A stretch of DNA of 64,000 bases from Paragordius varius (Eukaryota > Animalia > Nematomorpha): positions 4,030,001 through 4,094,000 of the forward strand of contig OZ176051.1 of assembly GCA_964247055.1 (NCBI GenBank), read 5' to 3'. The notes beneath the pieces are model-generated. The model searched no databases, was not told where the DNA came from, and was given only the letters and a program-made list of their open reading frames with translations. Positions within the stretch are counted from its first letter, which is position 1, and the number at the start of each line of letters is the position of its first letter. The translations under genes were made by a program, and so were the position numbers. Positions 38,744 to 52,019 of the stretch are shown here, one piece after another.

Positions 38744-39909
38744 TTATATAATTTTGTTGGTTGCATCAATCCCACACACACGTTCCGATATGTCCCACAA
38801 TTTTTGGGCGAGTTCTGTGTTAAGAGCCTTGGAAGATTCTTTGGCTAATGCACATTCACTAAAATATGCGCCAGAATTAGGGGGAATCGTGTCTGAAACA
38901 GTGCAAAAAAGCGTGGTCATGGCCCCCTCTTTGGGTGAAACGGCAAAAAATTTAGTAACTATCCAACGCACAGGTTGTGGAACATATTTAAACAGTGTTG
39001 TATCAACAGTACCCGGGTGAAGTGAACAACACACTACTGAGGGATAGGGGTTTGAATCCATTTTTTCCGATTGTGAATTCTATAAAATAATTTTAATGTT
39101 ATACTCAATAAGGATAGACAAAATACAACGAATATTTCAATAAATACCGATTTAAGTTTACGTGCTAATTCTCGTGTAAACATGATAAGAGCCAGTTTTG
39201 AATTACCATAAACACCAAACCTATCAAAGTATCGTTCAGATTTAAGATTTGTAATATCAACTTTGGTTGGACCGATAAGATGAGCTCGTGATGAAACATT
39301 AATAATGCGTGTAGGACATTTTAAATGAAGCGAGGCATCTTTCAAACTAGGTGTTAGAAGGTGGGTCAGCAAAAAGGGGCCAAAATAGTTTACGGCAAAA
39401 GTCATTTCAATACCATCGGTAGATAATACTTTTTTAGGCAATAACATTACCCCAGCATTATTTATAAGAGCATAAAGCCAACGCGGTTGAGGTTCATTTT
39501 CCATTTTACTTAAAAAATCTTTGACATCATGAGCAAATTGTTTGATGGAAGAAAACGATGATAGATCTAGTGGTATATATCGAATGTTTGTATAACCAGC
39601 TTCTTTTTCCAATTCATCAATAACCGCTAAACTGCGTGATTCGTTTCTACAGCCGATTATAATATATGCGCCTGTTTTAAGCAATTGTAAAGCTGTTTCC
39701 TTTCCGATGCCCTCGTTTCCTCCAGTAATAATTATGACATGTCGATTATAATTGTAATCTTGGGGTCGAAACTTCCAATTAGGCATTGGACTCAAACGCC
39801 AAAATATTGGAGTTTTAGAATGCGCCAAGACCAAATAATCAAGCAAAGCTATAACAAACAAAAGAATGGCTATAACAACTGTCCCAAATAAAAGATAATC
39901 GTCGATCAT
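38744..39909 (-). CDS. Classical SDR, retinol dehydrogenase RDH11-14-like, N-terminal membrane anchor; join(39148-39909, 38744-39079), 365 aa
   Basis: Motifs TGGNEGIG, NNAG, YGNSK and HPG. A 68-nt GT-AG intron 39080-39147 joins the two ORFs in frame. Confidence 0.93.
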
Positions 39910-41169
39910 CTGGCCCGATATTGCACATGGAATGATGAATCTAAGCGTTTTGCATGCATTTTAAAAAATTGCTTCATACACAGGGCACACCTTAGAAATA
40001 TATAAGTACTGGCAGATAACGATTTTTTTCACATTAAATATTAAGCATTCTCTCGTTAAAGTTTGTTAACTTCTGTGGTATATCTCCATATCTAGAATCA
40101 AAATTAGTGCACAATATACACAGTGTACAAAATCGGGTAGAAAAATGTATAGTATTACCATAGTTCTTTTGGTTTTGGCCATTACGAAGGATATAAGAAA
40201 GTTTACATTTTTGTGCCAGCAATAATCTTTTTTAAAAACTAAATGCATCCTTACAAAAAATATCATATATTATAAATTACCTATAAAAGGGATAATTATA
40301 TATATTATAAAATGTTAATTTGATGTGGGCTCCGAAAATCACATATTTTTTGCTTTTTTAAAACGGACTATTTCTTTTAAAATAAACGCAAAAATTCCGG
40401 AATTTTGCAATAAAATTTTTGAACATATGCTGAATTTAAACATAAAAACGGGAAAAATGCGTACTTTTAGAAAATATCAATAGCAAAATTTTGTTATAAC
40501 GTATATATTTTTAGGCATCATGGAATCTATAATAACGGTTTTAGATATTGTAATAAGACTATTTCTATATAATTTGTAAATGCTGAACATTTTTATCGCT
40601 TCAGAATTTTAATTTAAAGGTTTTGTACTTTCTAGGTGTATTTTATAAACAATTTATATTTAACATTAAATTAAAGATGGGTGTTTTAATCAAAATTCAC
40701 GTGATAGAAATGTTTAGTATTATCATATTATATAGAAAAAGTTTTTTATAATTATTTAAAGCGCTTTTTAATTGTTATCCCCAAAATAAATATGAAATAC
40801 ATTTCGACACAATTTTGCTAAAGATATTAATCAAAGCATTTTTTAAAAAAAACAATGTCAAAATTTAGAATATATTCTTAAAAACATCATCGCGCAACCC
40901 GGTATTCTTGCGTATTTAAAAGAACTAGCCCGTTTTAGGAGAGCAAAAAAATATGGGACTTTCGAAGCCAGATTTTAAAATTAAAATTTCTCAAAATTGT
41001 ATTGCTTTTTATAGGTAGTTTATGATATATTTTAGTGATATTTTTTTAAATAGTTTTTAGCTTTCACCAAAAATTTTTTATGCAAATATGTGCTCAATTT
41101 TTGTATTTTCTGATGTAAATCACTTGCCTAAGGTTTTAATAACTTTCTTATATTCTCGTAAGGGCCAAA

Positions 41170-42956
41170 ACCAAACGCACCACAAAAATCGAGTCTTTGA
41201 GACAATTTTCCGGAGAACGTGCTGGACCATTCAATTAATATTTTATTTTAATTTCGATTGCGCCGAACATAGTCGTCTCGCTTTTTTAATTTAGGCCCTC
41301 TTTTTACCCGCTCCCCCCATATAATGCCATTTTTTTCAAAAAACAAAGTGTACAAAAATAATTTTTGAATCGCTGAAACTATGAGACCGTAAAAATTTAA
41401 TAAGGATTCCACGTATTATCTGTTAAAAGGCAAAATTTATAGTCAAGCGTTTCTTTGATAGCTGCTGGGTAAGGAGCTACCCGCGAAAAACTCCGTCATA
41501 TCGATATAGCGTGCTTTTGGGGGTAAATTTCATAAACCTATCAGGCCATATGAGTTCAATAGCTCCTTAAAGTATTACCCTTAAAAAATCAAAAATTAAG
41601 TCGAGTGGATTTTTTAAAATTAGCCGTTAATTAGGCCATTCACGCCCTAAAAAATGCGCCACCATAGAATAATTTTTTAATTTTGGGGTATTTTTTCGAA
41701 AACTAATGTGAGCATATTGAATCAATCATGATTCCAGGCATTCTCCGTAAAAGGAAAAATTTTAATCTAGCGCTTTTTTTGTATCAGCCTCTGGGTAGGG
41801 AGCTACCCGCCTACAACTGCGACACCATATCAAAATTGCGTTGTTTAAGAGTTAATTTTCAAATCAGGCCATATAAGTTTTATAAGGCCCTAAAATATAA
41901 CCTGTAAAGAGGCAAAAATTTAAGTCGAGCGGTTTCAAATTAGCGGTTAAATAGGCTCTAGGTAGGGGGCTACCCGCGTAAAAATGCGTGACTATATCGG
42001 TACAGCATGCCTTTGGAGTCAAATTTCAGAAAACCTATGAGACTATGGGAGTTCAATAGGGGTCTAAAATATTTATTACCACTTAAAAAACAAATATTTT
42101 AGTATGGGGGTTATTTTCAATGAGTCGCTAAGAAAAATTTTACGCCCTCAAACGCCGCCATAGAACAATTTTTTGGTTTTGAAGCAATATTTCCGAGAAC
42201 TTATAAAAACATATGGACATTATAATTCCAGATATTCTCCATATAACAAAAATTTGCCCGACGCTTTTTATAACTGCCTCTGGGTAAGAAGCTACCCGCC
42301 AAAAACTGTGCCACAATATAGAAATTGCGTTATTTTGTAACTAATTTAAAACTTATGCAATATGAGCATTTAAAGTTCAAAAAATTACCCGTAACTAGGT
42401 AAAAATTAAGGTCAGGCCTTTTTTATTAGCCGTTAATTTGAGGCCTTTATGCTCTAAAAATACGCCATCATATAAGGATTATTTAGTGTTAAGGTATTTT
42501 TTCGAATAACCCATGAGACGATGGTTCCAAAGATTATTCCAAATATTTTCCCTATAAAGGCAAAAAATTTAACTTAGCGCTTTTTCCATGTAGGCCTATC
42601 GGTAGGGGTCTACCGTTATAAAACTGAGACGCCATAAAATGACGTGGTTTTGGAGCTAATTTTTAAAAAATTTAAGAAGCCATACGAGTTCAATAAAGGC
42701 TTTAAATATTACCCATAAAAGGGTAAAAATTATAGTATAGCGGTTTTTTCCGGCCGTCAATTTGGGGCCTTTACACCAGTAAACAATATATTAGTATGAA
42801 TGCACCCTTATGAAAATCCTATGACATCATAGCTATTAAATAATGTTTCGAACTAATCCACATATGTGGATCATTTTATTGTCCCTTTTTTCAAATAGCC
42901 CTCCAGAAGTCCGAAGGACTTCCTCGGGATGCGTAGCAGCACGAAATTTACGCTAG
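41170..42956 (+). mobile_element. Helitron copy (5'-truncated) with an alternative 3' end
   Basis: Same internal repeats as 1356-3321. Ends with hairpin CCGAAGGA-ct-TCCTCGG followed by CTAG|T at 42953-42957. Confidence 0.7.
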
Positions 42957-43501
42957 TGAAACAATAAAGCCTAAACGTTTGAATGCAATAATTTATATAT
43001 ATTTATACCTCGTGTGCTATTTTAACCAGTTATTAAAAATCATTAAATTTTCAAAAATAATACCTTGGTATGCGGTCAAATTTTCCTATCTTTCCACTCA
43101 AAAAATCTACCGCAAAAATATTACAACTTTTTACGAGATGTGTTTTTTGCAGAATATTGCTTTTTAGAAAATAATTGCATTTTTGTTAGTTGAAAATTGT
43201 AGTGATCTTATATATTTATTTTTTCATCATTATGATTTTTGACTTTAAATGTTATTTTCTTAATTTAAAAAGCAAAAGGTAGTGCGACATATTACAACTA
43301 TTAGTATTACCTATATGTCTAATTTAACATCTCTTAAACTCCATACTCTCATTTAATTTCAATTATAATTAATATTGATAATAAAATCCTTCTCTGTGTA
43401 TATCAACATTTATTTATATAAAAAAAAATAGAATTTTAGATGAAGGAAAAGAATTTCAAGTACAACTATTTAGTCACCAGTAGATTACATAAAGTTGCAT
43501 T

Positions 43502-46500
43502 TTATCTTGCCAGATTAGCAGTATTAATGGGCATATTAAGCTTAATCCTAGCGGAACATAAAAAAGCGACCAAAACAGAATAATTTACATTGATCTATAT
43601 CGTAAAAAAGTAATATGAAAAAAAATTATCGATGCCATTTCAATCATATATATAAATAAAAAGTTATTTATTAACAACTTGCATTCATATTTAAATAATT
43701 AAAATGCAACTAATTCCTGGAATGTGAATGTAAATTAAAAAAGAACCATGTGAGGTGGACGAAACATATAGTGGAAATAGAATATGCATGGTTCATAATA
43801 AAAAGTTATATAATTTTGGACCTATTGCGCAAACAATAATTTTCAATTTCATCCATATAATAGGATAGTAAAAGATTTTCATCTAGCACATTACTTGATG
43901 GTGGTGGATTGGTTTCTTTGTTAGGACTTTTTGATTCGGGTAACTTTTTTCCGAATAAAAAAGGATTAAAAACTGCTTTTTGAGACTTGTCAATGGACTT
44001 TTTTGTATTCGATGATTCATAATTTAAATTCCCATTAACAACTGCTTTGTGTGGCATTTCCATGGAGACTTTCCGCAAAGATTGATCTATAATATGTTCA
44101 TCGCTTTTCTGCAATTGGTAAAAGTAGCGTTTGAAATTTATTTAACTTGAAATAATATATGTAAAGATTCGATAACAATAAAATATTTAAAAATGTGAAA
44201 AGTATTACATTTTGATTGCAATCAATGTCACCATTTATGCTATCCATACTCACGATAACTTTGGAGTTTGTTCCATTGTTTTCATTGCTTTTAGACGTAA
44301 TATTATTATGAGGATGAAAGATTTGAGCAAAACCAAACCCATTCTTATTCTGATCACCACCAGTTTTGGAAGGCGATATATTTATCTGCAATCAAAATTT
44401 TGGTGAAATAAAGTCAAAAAACTTGTAAAGCAAAACATTCTTAAACTTTTTGATTTGTACCTTTCCCTCCGTATCGCCATTTATAGAACTTGAGTGCGAT
44501 ATTATAGTAGATAATCCATTACTTACATTGCCCTCTTTTTTATCAGGTGGAGCGCCAATATTTGACATTGGTGCAGTAATAGTTTTATCGACTATAAAAC
44601 TATTATTACTATTACTTCTATTGAATCGAGCATGGAGTCCAAGATATAGAAGAGAATAATTAAATTTTAATGCTTTAGCAAGGGCCATTATCCCGGCTAA
44701 ACCAATATAATTGTGTCTCAAATCAAGATGCGTCATTCTCCCACCCGTGGTGAGAGTTAACAAAGTGTTTTCCGATTCAAACGACGGATCTGACTGACAA
44801 GGCTTTATTGAATTGTTGTTCAATAGAGAGGAGTTTTCATTGCTATTAATGATTGAGTCCTTGTTGGCAGATAGATTTGAATAGGAAGCAGGAACGATAT
44901 CAACATTTTCGACCCTTGGACATGTTTTATATTGTAAATCCAAATAATTTAGGGATGAAGGTATGTTTTTGTTATTATTTACCGTATTTGTATAATCGCT
45001 AGTATTGTGGTATTCAAGTATGTTTGAATAAGTTTCAAAATCGTAATTCAAATTACTATTGCCACCATTTGTCGCGATTAGGCCTCCATTTTCATTTTTG
45101 ATGATAGAATCATGATGAAAATTTCCTAGTGATGGCGTAGTTGATGCTCCAATAACTTCCGCCATTGTAATAGCGCCTGTAAAAAGATTATGGTAGAAAA
45201 ATAATTTATATAATGAAAGAGGATTGGAACGCCGTTTTAATTTCCAACAATTTTAATTACTAATCATTTATTGTCTCCGGTATTTCCTCACGATAAGAAA
45301 CATTCAATGGTGAATATCCGAGTAAAATTATAAATTGTTAATAAAATTAGTCGATATGAACGGTTATTAGCTATTGTATGTAAATCGAAAAAACAGAAGT
45401 AATTTTTTAAACTGTTTGAAATCGCCTCCCGGTACAATGGGTACCCAGAATTATGTTACCAAAACAGTTTATAAAAAATTAATGATTCATTTAATTTCCG
45501 TTAAAATGTAACTATACAACGTTGAGTTTTGAAATATTATAAAGAAAAAAGTAGCATAAATAACCCCTATTTGTACCCCCCATAAAATATTTGATTCTAA
45601 AAAATGTTGTAATAATAGATACCTTCGTCGGTTATGAAGCATTCGTGTAAAATTAACTTTTTCAGAGATCGGTTTTTACAAAGGGCCGATTTAAGGAGAG
45701 CCAAACCCTGATCTTGAATGCCGTTTAAAGATAAATTTAGCACCTCTAATTGACACAGTGGATGTGACTGTATAAAAAACAGTAAGAGTAAATAAAAAGT
45801 GCAACATTAATTTGTATAAAGCCATTCATAATTTATTTAAAATTACGTTTTAAATTGTAAAACAGGAAAATAGATGTAATTAGTTAAACAATAATATATT
45901 TATAATGACACAGGGTAAATAAAATAATTCATGAGTCAAAAAATGAAGTCTTCCTTATGATATGAATTGTCGAAACAAACTCAATTTATGCTCTAAATTT
46001 AAAAATTAAAACATTTTTATAGTAAAGAAAGAGTAAAGATAGATACCAAAATAGGGATTAGATAAATCATAGCCTTAGTCTGCAATTGACATCTGGTAAG
46101 ATTCAAATATTTGATGCAATAAAGTGTAGGGGGTGAATTCGAACACAATGAATGGGTAAGCAAAGATTGACCCGCAATGTGATTTTCAAAGTATACTTTT
46201 CGACTGTTTGATTTGGTTGGAGATGGAAAATTATCTATAATAAATTAACAATTTTATTTATATCAATAAATGTTTATTAAACAAATAATTAATGTAAGAG
46301 TTAGAGTTAAATATGATTAGTTTAGAATTTTCAAATTTTACCAGTAAAAAATGTTTAAACATATGTTAATTATGTGACTCACGAAAATTTAAAAATAATA
46401 TTATACAAATTAAAATTACGCAAAGTACTCACTGTAAGAATTTAATTGTAGTAAATTAATGTTGAGACTATATTTAAAACAATTTTTCATATTATGCTTT

Positions 46501-49500
46501 CTTTTGCCGGACCGAAAATGATATCCGCATTCATTATTATTTTTATCGATATTTGACTTCTTAAAGTAAAATTAGAATAATATTTTACCCATTTCAACAG
46601 TACTTAGAGGTTGATTAACGTAAAGACCACCCTGTTGAAACATTAAATCTTCAGTCAAGGCATCTGGGAAGCCATCATCAAGTCCACATGTCATAATTTC
46701 TTCGTCTTGAATAATGGTTTCCACCAATTGTTTTATGCAAGCCTTTTTCTCAGCTTTGGTAAATTTTTTCTTTTTGTGGTGTTTTTTCGATTTTTTCTTA
46801 TTCTGCGGTGAATTTTCCTCTCTGTTAGCGGCATTTAAATAAAATGTATCATGATTTAGGAGGTAGGGAGGAGGTGTTTTGGTATCCAAACATTCAATTT
46901 CATTTTTGCTATTATTGCGGCAAAGAGATGATCTTTGTTGATGAGATTCTATGTCATGTAAAGTTTGAATGTACTCGTCTTTATCATGGGATTTACAATT
47001 ATTTTTGTCCTCCTTTGTTTCAATATTGGTATTTAAAGCAATTGTACCATTATTAGTTAAAGGCAATAAATTAGTTGTTTCAACATTTTCATCAAAATTT
47101 AAGCGTTTTACAATGATATTTTCAGGCACGGCATGCGATAAATTTTGATTTTTTGTGTTGTCTTGTTGTAACGCATTTTCAGACTTCTATATGTAGACAC
47201 ATTTAAATTGACAAAATAAATTAACCCAAGCAAAAAATTGGAAAAAACTTAATATACAGTATAGATTGAAAATATACAGACAAAAAGTAAAAATTAAAAG
47301 ACTTTTTAAACAAGATAATCATGTTGTTAAACTTGTTTTTATTTATATATTCTATTGTTTTGGATACCAAATAAAGTATACAGGTAAATTGATAAATGAT
47401 AAATATATAGTTTATGTAGGAAAAATAAGATTTTAAAAAGTACTATTTTAGTAAAAAAATATATATTTTATAATTTTAATTTTTACAACTTAATTATTAT
47501 AAAACCATATACCAATTTTAGTGTTAACATTGCACTTTTGTAAAACTCATCGGAATTAGAACTGGATGATGAGATAGACGAAGATGGTGATTTATTTTCT
47601 GGTCCATTATTTAATGAATCAATATTATCTATGAGACAATAAAAAATGAAAAAATTTAAGTTTAAATAAATAATCAATTATTATTATTCAAAAATTAAAA
47701 GTTTATAATAAATTAATGAAATAGAAGTTATAAATTATTGGGTTATTTTTATATATTATACATTATTCATTAAATAAACAATAATAAATTTGTAATTTTA
47801 AACCTGTAAAATTGAATGGTTAACGAGTTAACTGTCGTACAAGGAATTTATTTATTCAAGGCCAACTAAAATACAGTGCATTTTTTTCTTTTTGATTATT
47901 TTTTCAACAAACTTATCTTTTTCATGATATTTTTCATATTTTTGGAACTTTAATTAGTAAATGTTAAAAAATTACTTAGACTGCATAAACTCCCAATACT
48001 AGAGTCTGTTGATGTTGTCGTAGTGTCTTCAGAAGAGGGGGAAGGCTTAAATGGTACTTGCTTTAAAACAGAATTTTGATGACTAATTTGAAGCATTAAT
48101 CCAATACATAATTCTTTGAAACCAGTGTCCTAAAAATAAAAAAAATACACATTTTTTATCGAACATTTTTCAAAAAAAACTAAACTAAATATCAAAAAGT
48201 ATATAAAACCAACCCCAATCGGATTACAAGAGATATCCAAATTAGTTATACGGCTTTTATTGATGGACGGAGGAATGTTAGTTTGATCAAAAGTGGTCAT
48301 ATTTGCACCAGCGAAACCATTTAATTGCTATATTGTGAAAAAAAGTAGTCAATTATAATGGAAAATATTTCTTTGAAAAATAAATATTTATACCTGAGTT
48401 AAGGGACTTTCATTTGCTGAATTGGATATGTTTGGTTGTTGTGCGTTGTTAAGCAATTCTTTCAAAACTAACATATCTCGATAATTCAGTCGATTACTTT
48501 GTATAATTAAAGATCGTAGAGTGTGATTCCCCTTTAATGCGTTAACTGTATAATAATAGCCAAAAAACAGTTAAAATCATATATAAAATATAAAATTCAC
48601 TAATCTATACTCCCTTAATAGACAAATAATATAAAAATTTATATTTATGTCAAATATTGATATGCAAAAACATTTAAATTAAAAAAGTCAATTAAACCGC
48701 AATAAAAAATCTATTTTTACGATTTTTTCCAAGTATTACTAGCAAATATTTGGTAAAAACTTTTTTAAAATCCGCCCAAACCATTTAAACATAAAATTAG
48801 TAAAAATGACTTTTCTACAAAAGTATATTTATGCGTTAAGATATTAATTATTCAAACAAGGTTAACTGCTAAAACAGATTGTATTGATAAAAAACTATTT
48901 CACAGAAAACTGGATAGTTTACGATGGTGTACTATCAAAACTATTTATTAAACAACAATAACAACATATTTAAAAGAAAAATTTTAAAATTCATTTTCTT
49001 ATACAGTTTTAATTTTCGGCGAAATGGTTACAAAGAATAGTAAGTGTAAAAAGTACCAAAAAAAACTTTGAGGAAAAACAAAAATTTACCCAAAAAATGA
49101 AATGATTTCCCATTCATACTGCATAACGTTAAATTTAGGGTGCGTAGGGAATGATTAAATCTCAAGGAACGTGTAAATGGTACAAATGATAGCAACATTA
49201 GATTAGTGTTTGAGCAATCAAGGGTTTCCAAAAATGAGGCCTATATATATATATATATATATATAGTAAAAATTAAAATTTTAGAGAAAAAATGTAAAAA
49301 GTAAAAGATAAATGTTTTTTTATAAAAAAAGAACAACCATTTTTAAAAGCTTAAATTTTTAAAATATAAATAAATGTTTTTTATTGATAAGTACATTTAT
49401 TTGTAGATGTAAAAATTGTAATTATATCATTTGGACTTCAAGAGTACCCTTGAATACTTCAAGTTTGTCCTTGAACATTTCAAGTTGGTCCTTGAACACT

Positions 49501-52019
49501 TCAAGTTGGTCCTTAGAATTTTTAAATAACCATAATTTTTTTTTTATTATTTTTTGGCTTAATTTTATTTATTTATTATATATTTATTCATTTAAAAATA
49601 AAAATTTTTTATTAAAAACCACTTTTTTGCTTTAAACTAAATTTTTCCCAAACTCTTAAATGGTTTCAATGCAAAAAATAATAACCCAGAATATATATTT
49701 TTAATTACGTGTTAAAATCAATCCAAAATAATTTTTAATAGTGAAGATATACGGTTTGTTAATGATTAAAAATTGATATTGATTATAATTTATTTTAAAT
49801 AATAAAAAATAGGTTAAAAACGATAAAATAGATGAATGATATAGGATTTAATTGATAAAAGTTAAAAACAAAACACATAAGTCAAAATACCGATTTGAAA
49901 TGTTCAATGATCAACTTGAAGTGTTCAAGGACCAACTTGAACTGTTTAAGGACCAACATGAAGTGTTCAAGGACCAACTTGAACTGTTTAAGGACCAACA
50001 TGAAGTGTTTAAGGACACTCTTGAGGAAATGGTATATACACTTTATGTGAAAATATTAAGTAATAAAAAAAAGATACGAGACATATATAACAATTGCATA
50101 TTATAAATATTAAATTTCGATTGGTAAAATTATGACAAATAATTTATCCTATGATTAAAACAAAATAACCAATTATAATAAAATGAAATTCAACAAAGAC
50201 AAAATGTAAGTAAATTTTTTGTGCAAGGGCGCCAATAAATATGGATCCCTTGATTTTTTAATAAACTATATGGTTATGTTTGTAAATGAAGTTAGGTACG
50301 TAACAGATAATATGATAAAAAGATAAAAGGTTTTGTAAAATATGGTTGTATCATGATAAAAGTTTTAAGTTTTAACATTTATTTATGTTAATGTTAAAAA
50401 TTTAATTTTTTTCACATTTAAAATGAAAAAAATATAAACTTTTCGAACTATATGACAAAGGGCCTTCCAAGTCTGAACATAGGCATCACGATTATTTCGA
50501 AGCACCAAATGAACACAACTCTCATAATACTCTATCGTTTCCAACAAATTTGACGAAGCCTAAAAATATAAACAAACAATATATCAAATCAATTAATTAA
50601 TTACATATTGGCTGGTAAAAATAAAAATTATTTTATCTAAATAAACTAAGGGATGTCGTAGAATTGTATGTTAGAAAAATTTTAAATTTCTACACTCATA
50701 ATTAGATAATAAAAGCTAAGACAATAGGTTAAATACAAATTTGCATCAACTCCACCAAATTGATCTAAACATAATGCTCGGAAGAAATAGAATCAAATAC
50801 TCCGGAAACATCAAACACTGCTCTAGAACAATGGATAAATGAAATTTTATCCCTACATCCCGAAGGTAACAATCGTAAGGGTTGACCAACTTTTAACTGG
50901 GAAAAAACAATAAATAATCAATTAAGTGTTGCCAACATTGATAAAAATGCCTGGCAGGATCGCAAATATCACAGGTAGCTTCTATATGGATACAATGGCT
51001 AGCCATTACACAAAGACGATACGCAGATTGGAACAAAATAATTTAATTAATTATGGTTTAATGAATTTTTTTGCCAAAAAATTTTAGTTTCTTTTTCCCT
51101 GATTGTATTTGCGGTCATTTTTTTTTTAAATTTAGGCATTACATATTATTTTGATACTCTGTGGATAAAATGTGACAATGAAGCATATATTCTATGAAAA
51201 ATTGTTATAAACTGCCGTTTTCCGAAAATTCAGAACACTTGATATAAATAAAATAAAATTAGTAAAAACAAGGATTATCTTGCATTTTGAGAATTGCAAC
51301 CGCGGTTCCGATTCCAAAAACTATTGTGGAACCATTTTTAGTTTATGGGTTTCATAAAAGATTAATACCAGTTCTACAAATACGGTTTCGGCTCCAAATC
51401 CAGATCAAAACTCATCTGTGGTCTGATATTAAATATGGCATTCAAAATTTGTTAATTTTTGTTTAGAATACCCTTGATACACAAACGTTGTAATGGAATA
51501 AAAAATGACCTCGTCATATTTTAGAGCATTTTCCAAATCAATCGTTTGATATTGCACCCGTTTAAGTAACTCCTCTAAAGCCTCAACATCTTTATAATAC
51601 AATTTAGCGTCTAAATATTACATAAGAAATTATTTAACCTTTAAGATATAGTTTGGAATATCTTTTCACATGATTTGGTGGTAAGGCCTATAACAATTAT
51701 AATAGGAATTTACCTTAATTTGATTGAGCACCTCTTGTTGTGGCCAAATTTGCAATTTTTTACATGATAATTGGTATGCGCGATATATTTCCGCTCTTGA
51801 ATACGGTATAACTAAATAAAATAAGATTTAGTAACGAGATCAAAATAACAAAAATATAGGTGTTTTTGGTTTGAGATAATAAATAGTACAGTTACGCCAA
51901 GGATTTGGAGGTTCAATATATTCGGACACAATTCTTTCGTTGCTAGGAAATCTTACTTTTCTGGCCGATTTTGTTGGTGACAAATTCTTTGATTGCAAAT
52001 CACATTCGTTATTCACCAT
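43502..52019 (-). CDS. PPP1R37: Protein phosphatase 1 regulatory subunit 37-like LRR protein, 17 exons, ~1113 aa
   Basis: Exons: 51890-52019, 51714-51811, 51639-51687, 51510-51610, 50440-50559, 49090-49240, 48394-48545, 48214-48327, 47976-48129, 47513-47628, 46589-47186, 46047-46234, 45623-45767, 44461-45176, 44209-44385, 43822-44108, 43502-43547. All are GT-AG and phase-consistent. N-terminal RKVRFPSNERIVSEYIEPPNPWR (RVxF), VEALEELLKRVQYQTIDLE, TIEYYES and HLDLRHNYIGLAGIMALAKALKFNYSLL follow the PPP1R37 motif order as I recall it. The last exon is the least certain. Confidence 0.88.
49242..49265. repeat. (TA)12 microsatellite abutting the exon-6 acceptor of the PPP1R37-like gene
   Basis: Minus strand reads (AT)n-AG|GCC TCA TTT. 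Confidence 0.9.
49425..50034. mobile_element. MITE (610 bp) with TA(C/T)CATTT termini, TA TSD and 21-bp subterminal repeats, intronic
   Basis: TA|TATCATTT...caagagt at the left end, actcttgaggAAATGGTA|TA at the right end. Inverted arrays of gaccaacttgaactgtttaag-like units. Confidence 0.75.
50770..51030 (+). mobile_element. LINE (RTE/CR1-like) ORF2 C-terminal remnant, intronic
   Basis: NEILSLHPEGNNRKG*PTFNWEKTINNQL...AWQDRKYHR* resembles the post-RT motif (W.PEG.R.RGRP...W...I...L...AQDR..WR). Confidence 0.6.

Noticed and set aside
38691-39020. 109-aa antisense ORF opposite the SDR exon 2
   Set aside because: It is a shadow of the well-supported SDR. Long antisense frames are common opposite SDR coding sequence, and it has no motif of its own.
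47800-47870. Apparent exon with in-frame TAA codons (IGLE*INSLYDS*LVNH), hinting at TAA reassignment
   Set aside because: The gene splices in frame without it (47976 to 47628). The long exons contain many Gln codons and no in-frame TAA, and the SDR ends in TAA, so the standard code fits.
49384-50106. Heptad ORF (DQLELFK/DQHEVFK) resembling a coiled-coil gene, and the 21-bp arrays as CRISPR-like repeats
   Set aside because: These are subterminal tandem repeats of a MITE: inverted at both ends, with no spacers and no cas genes in a eukaryotic context.
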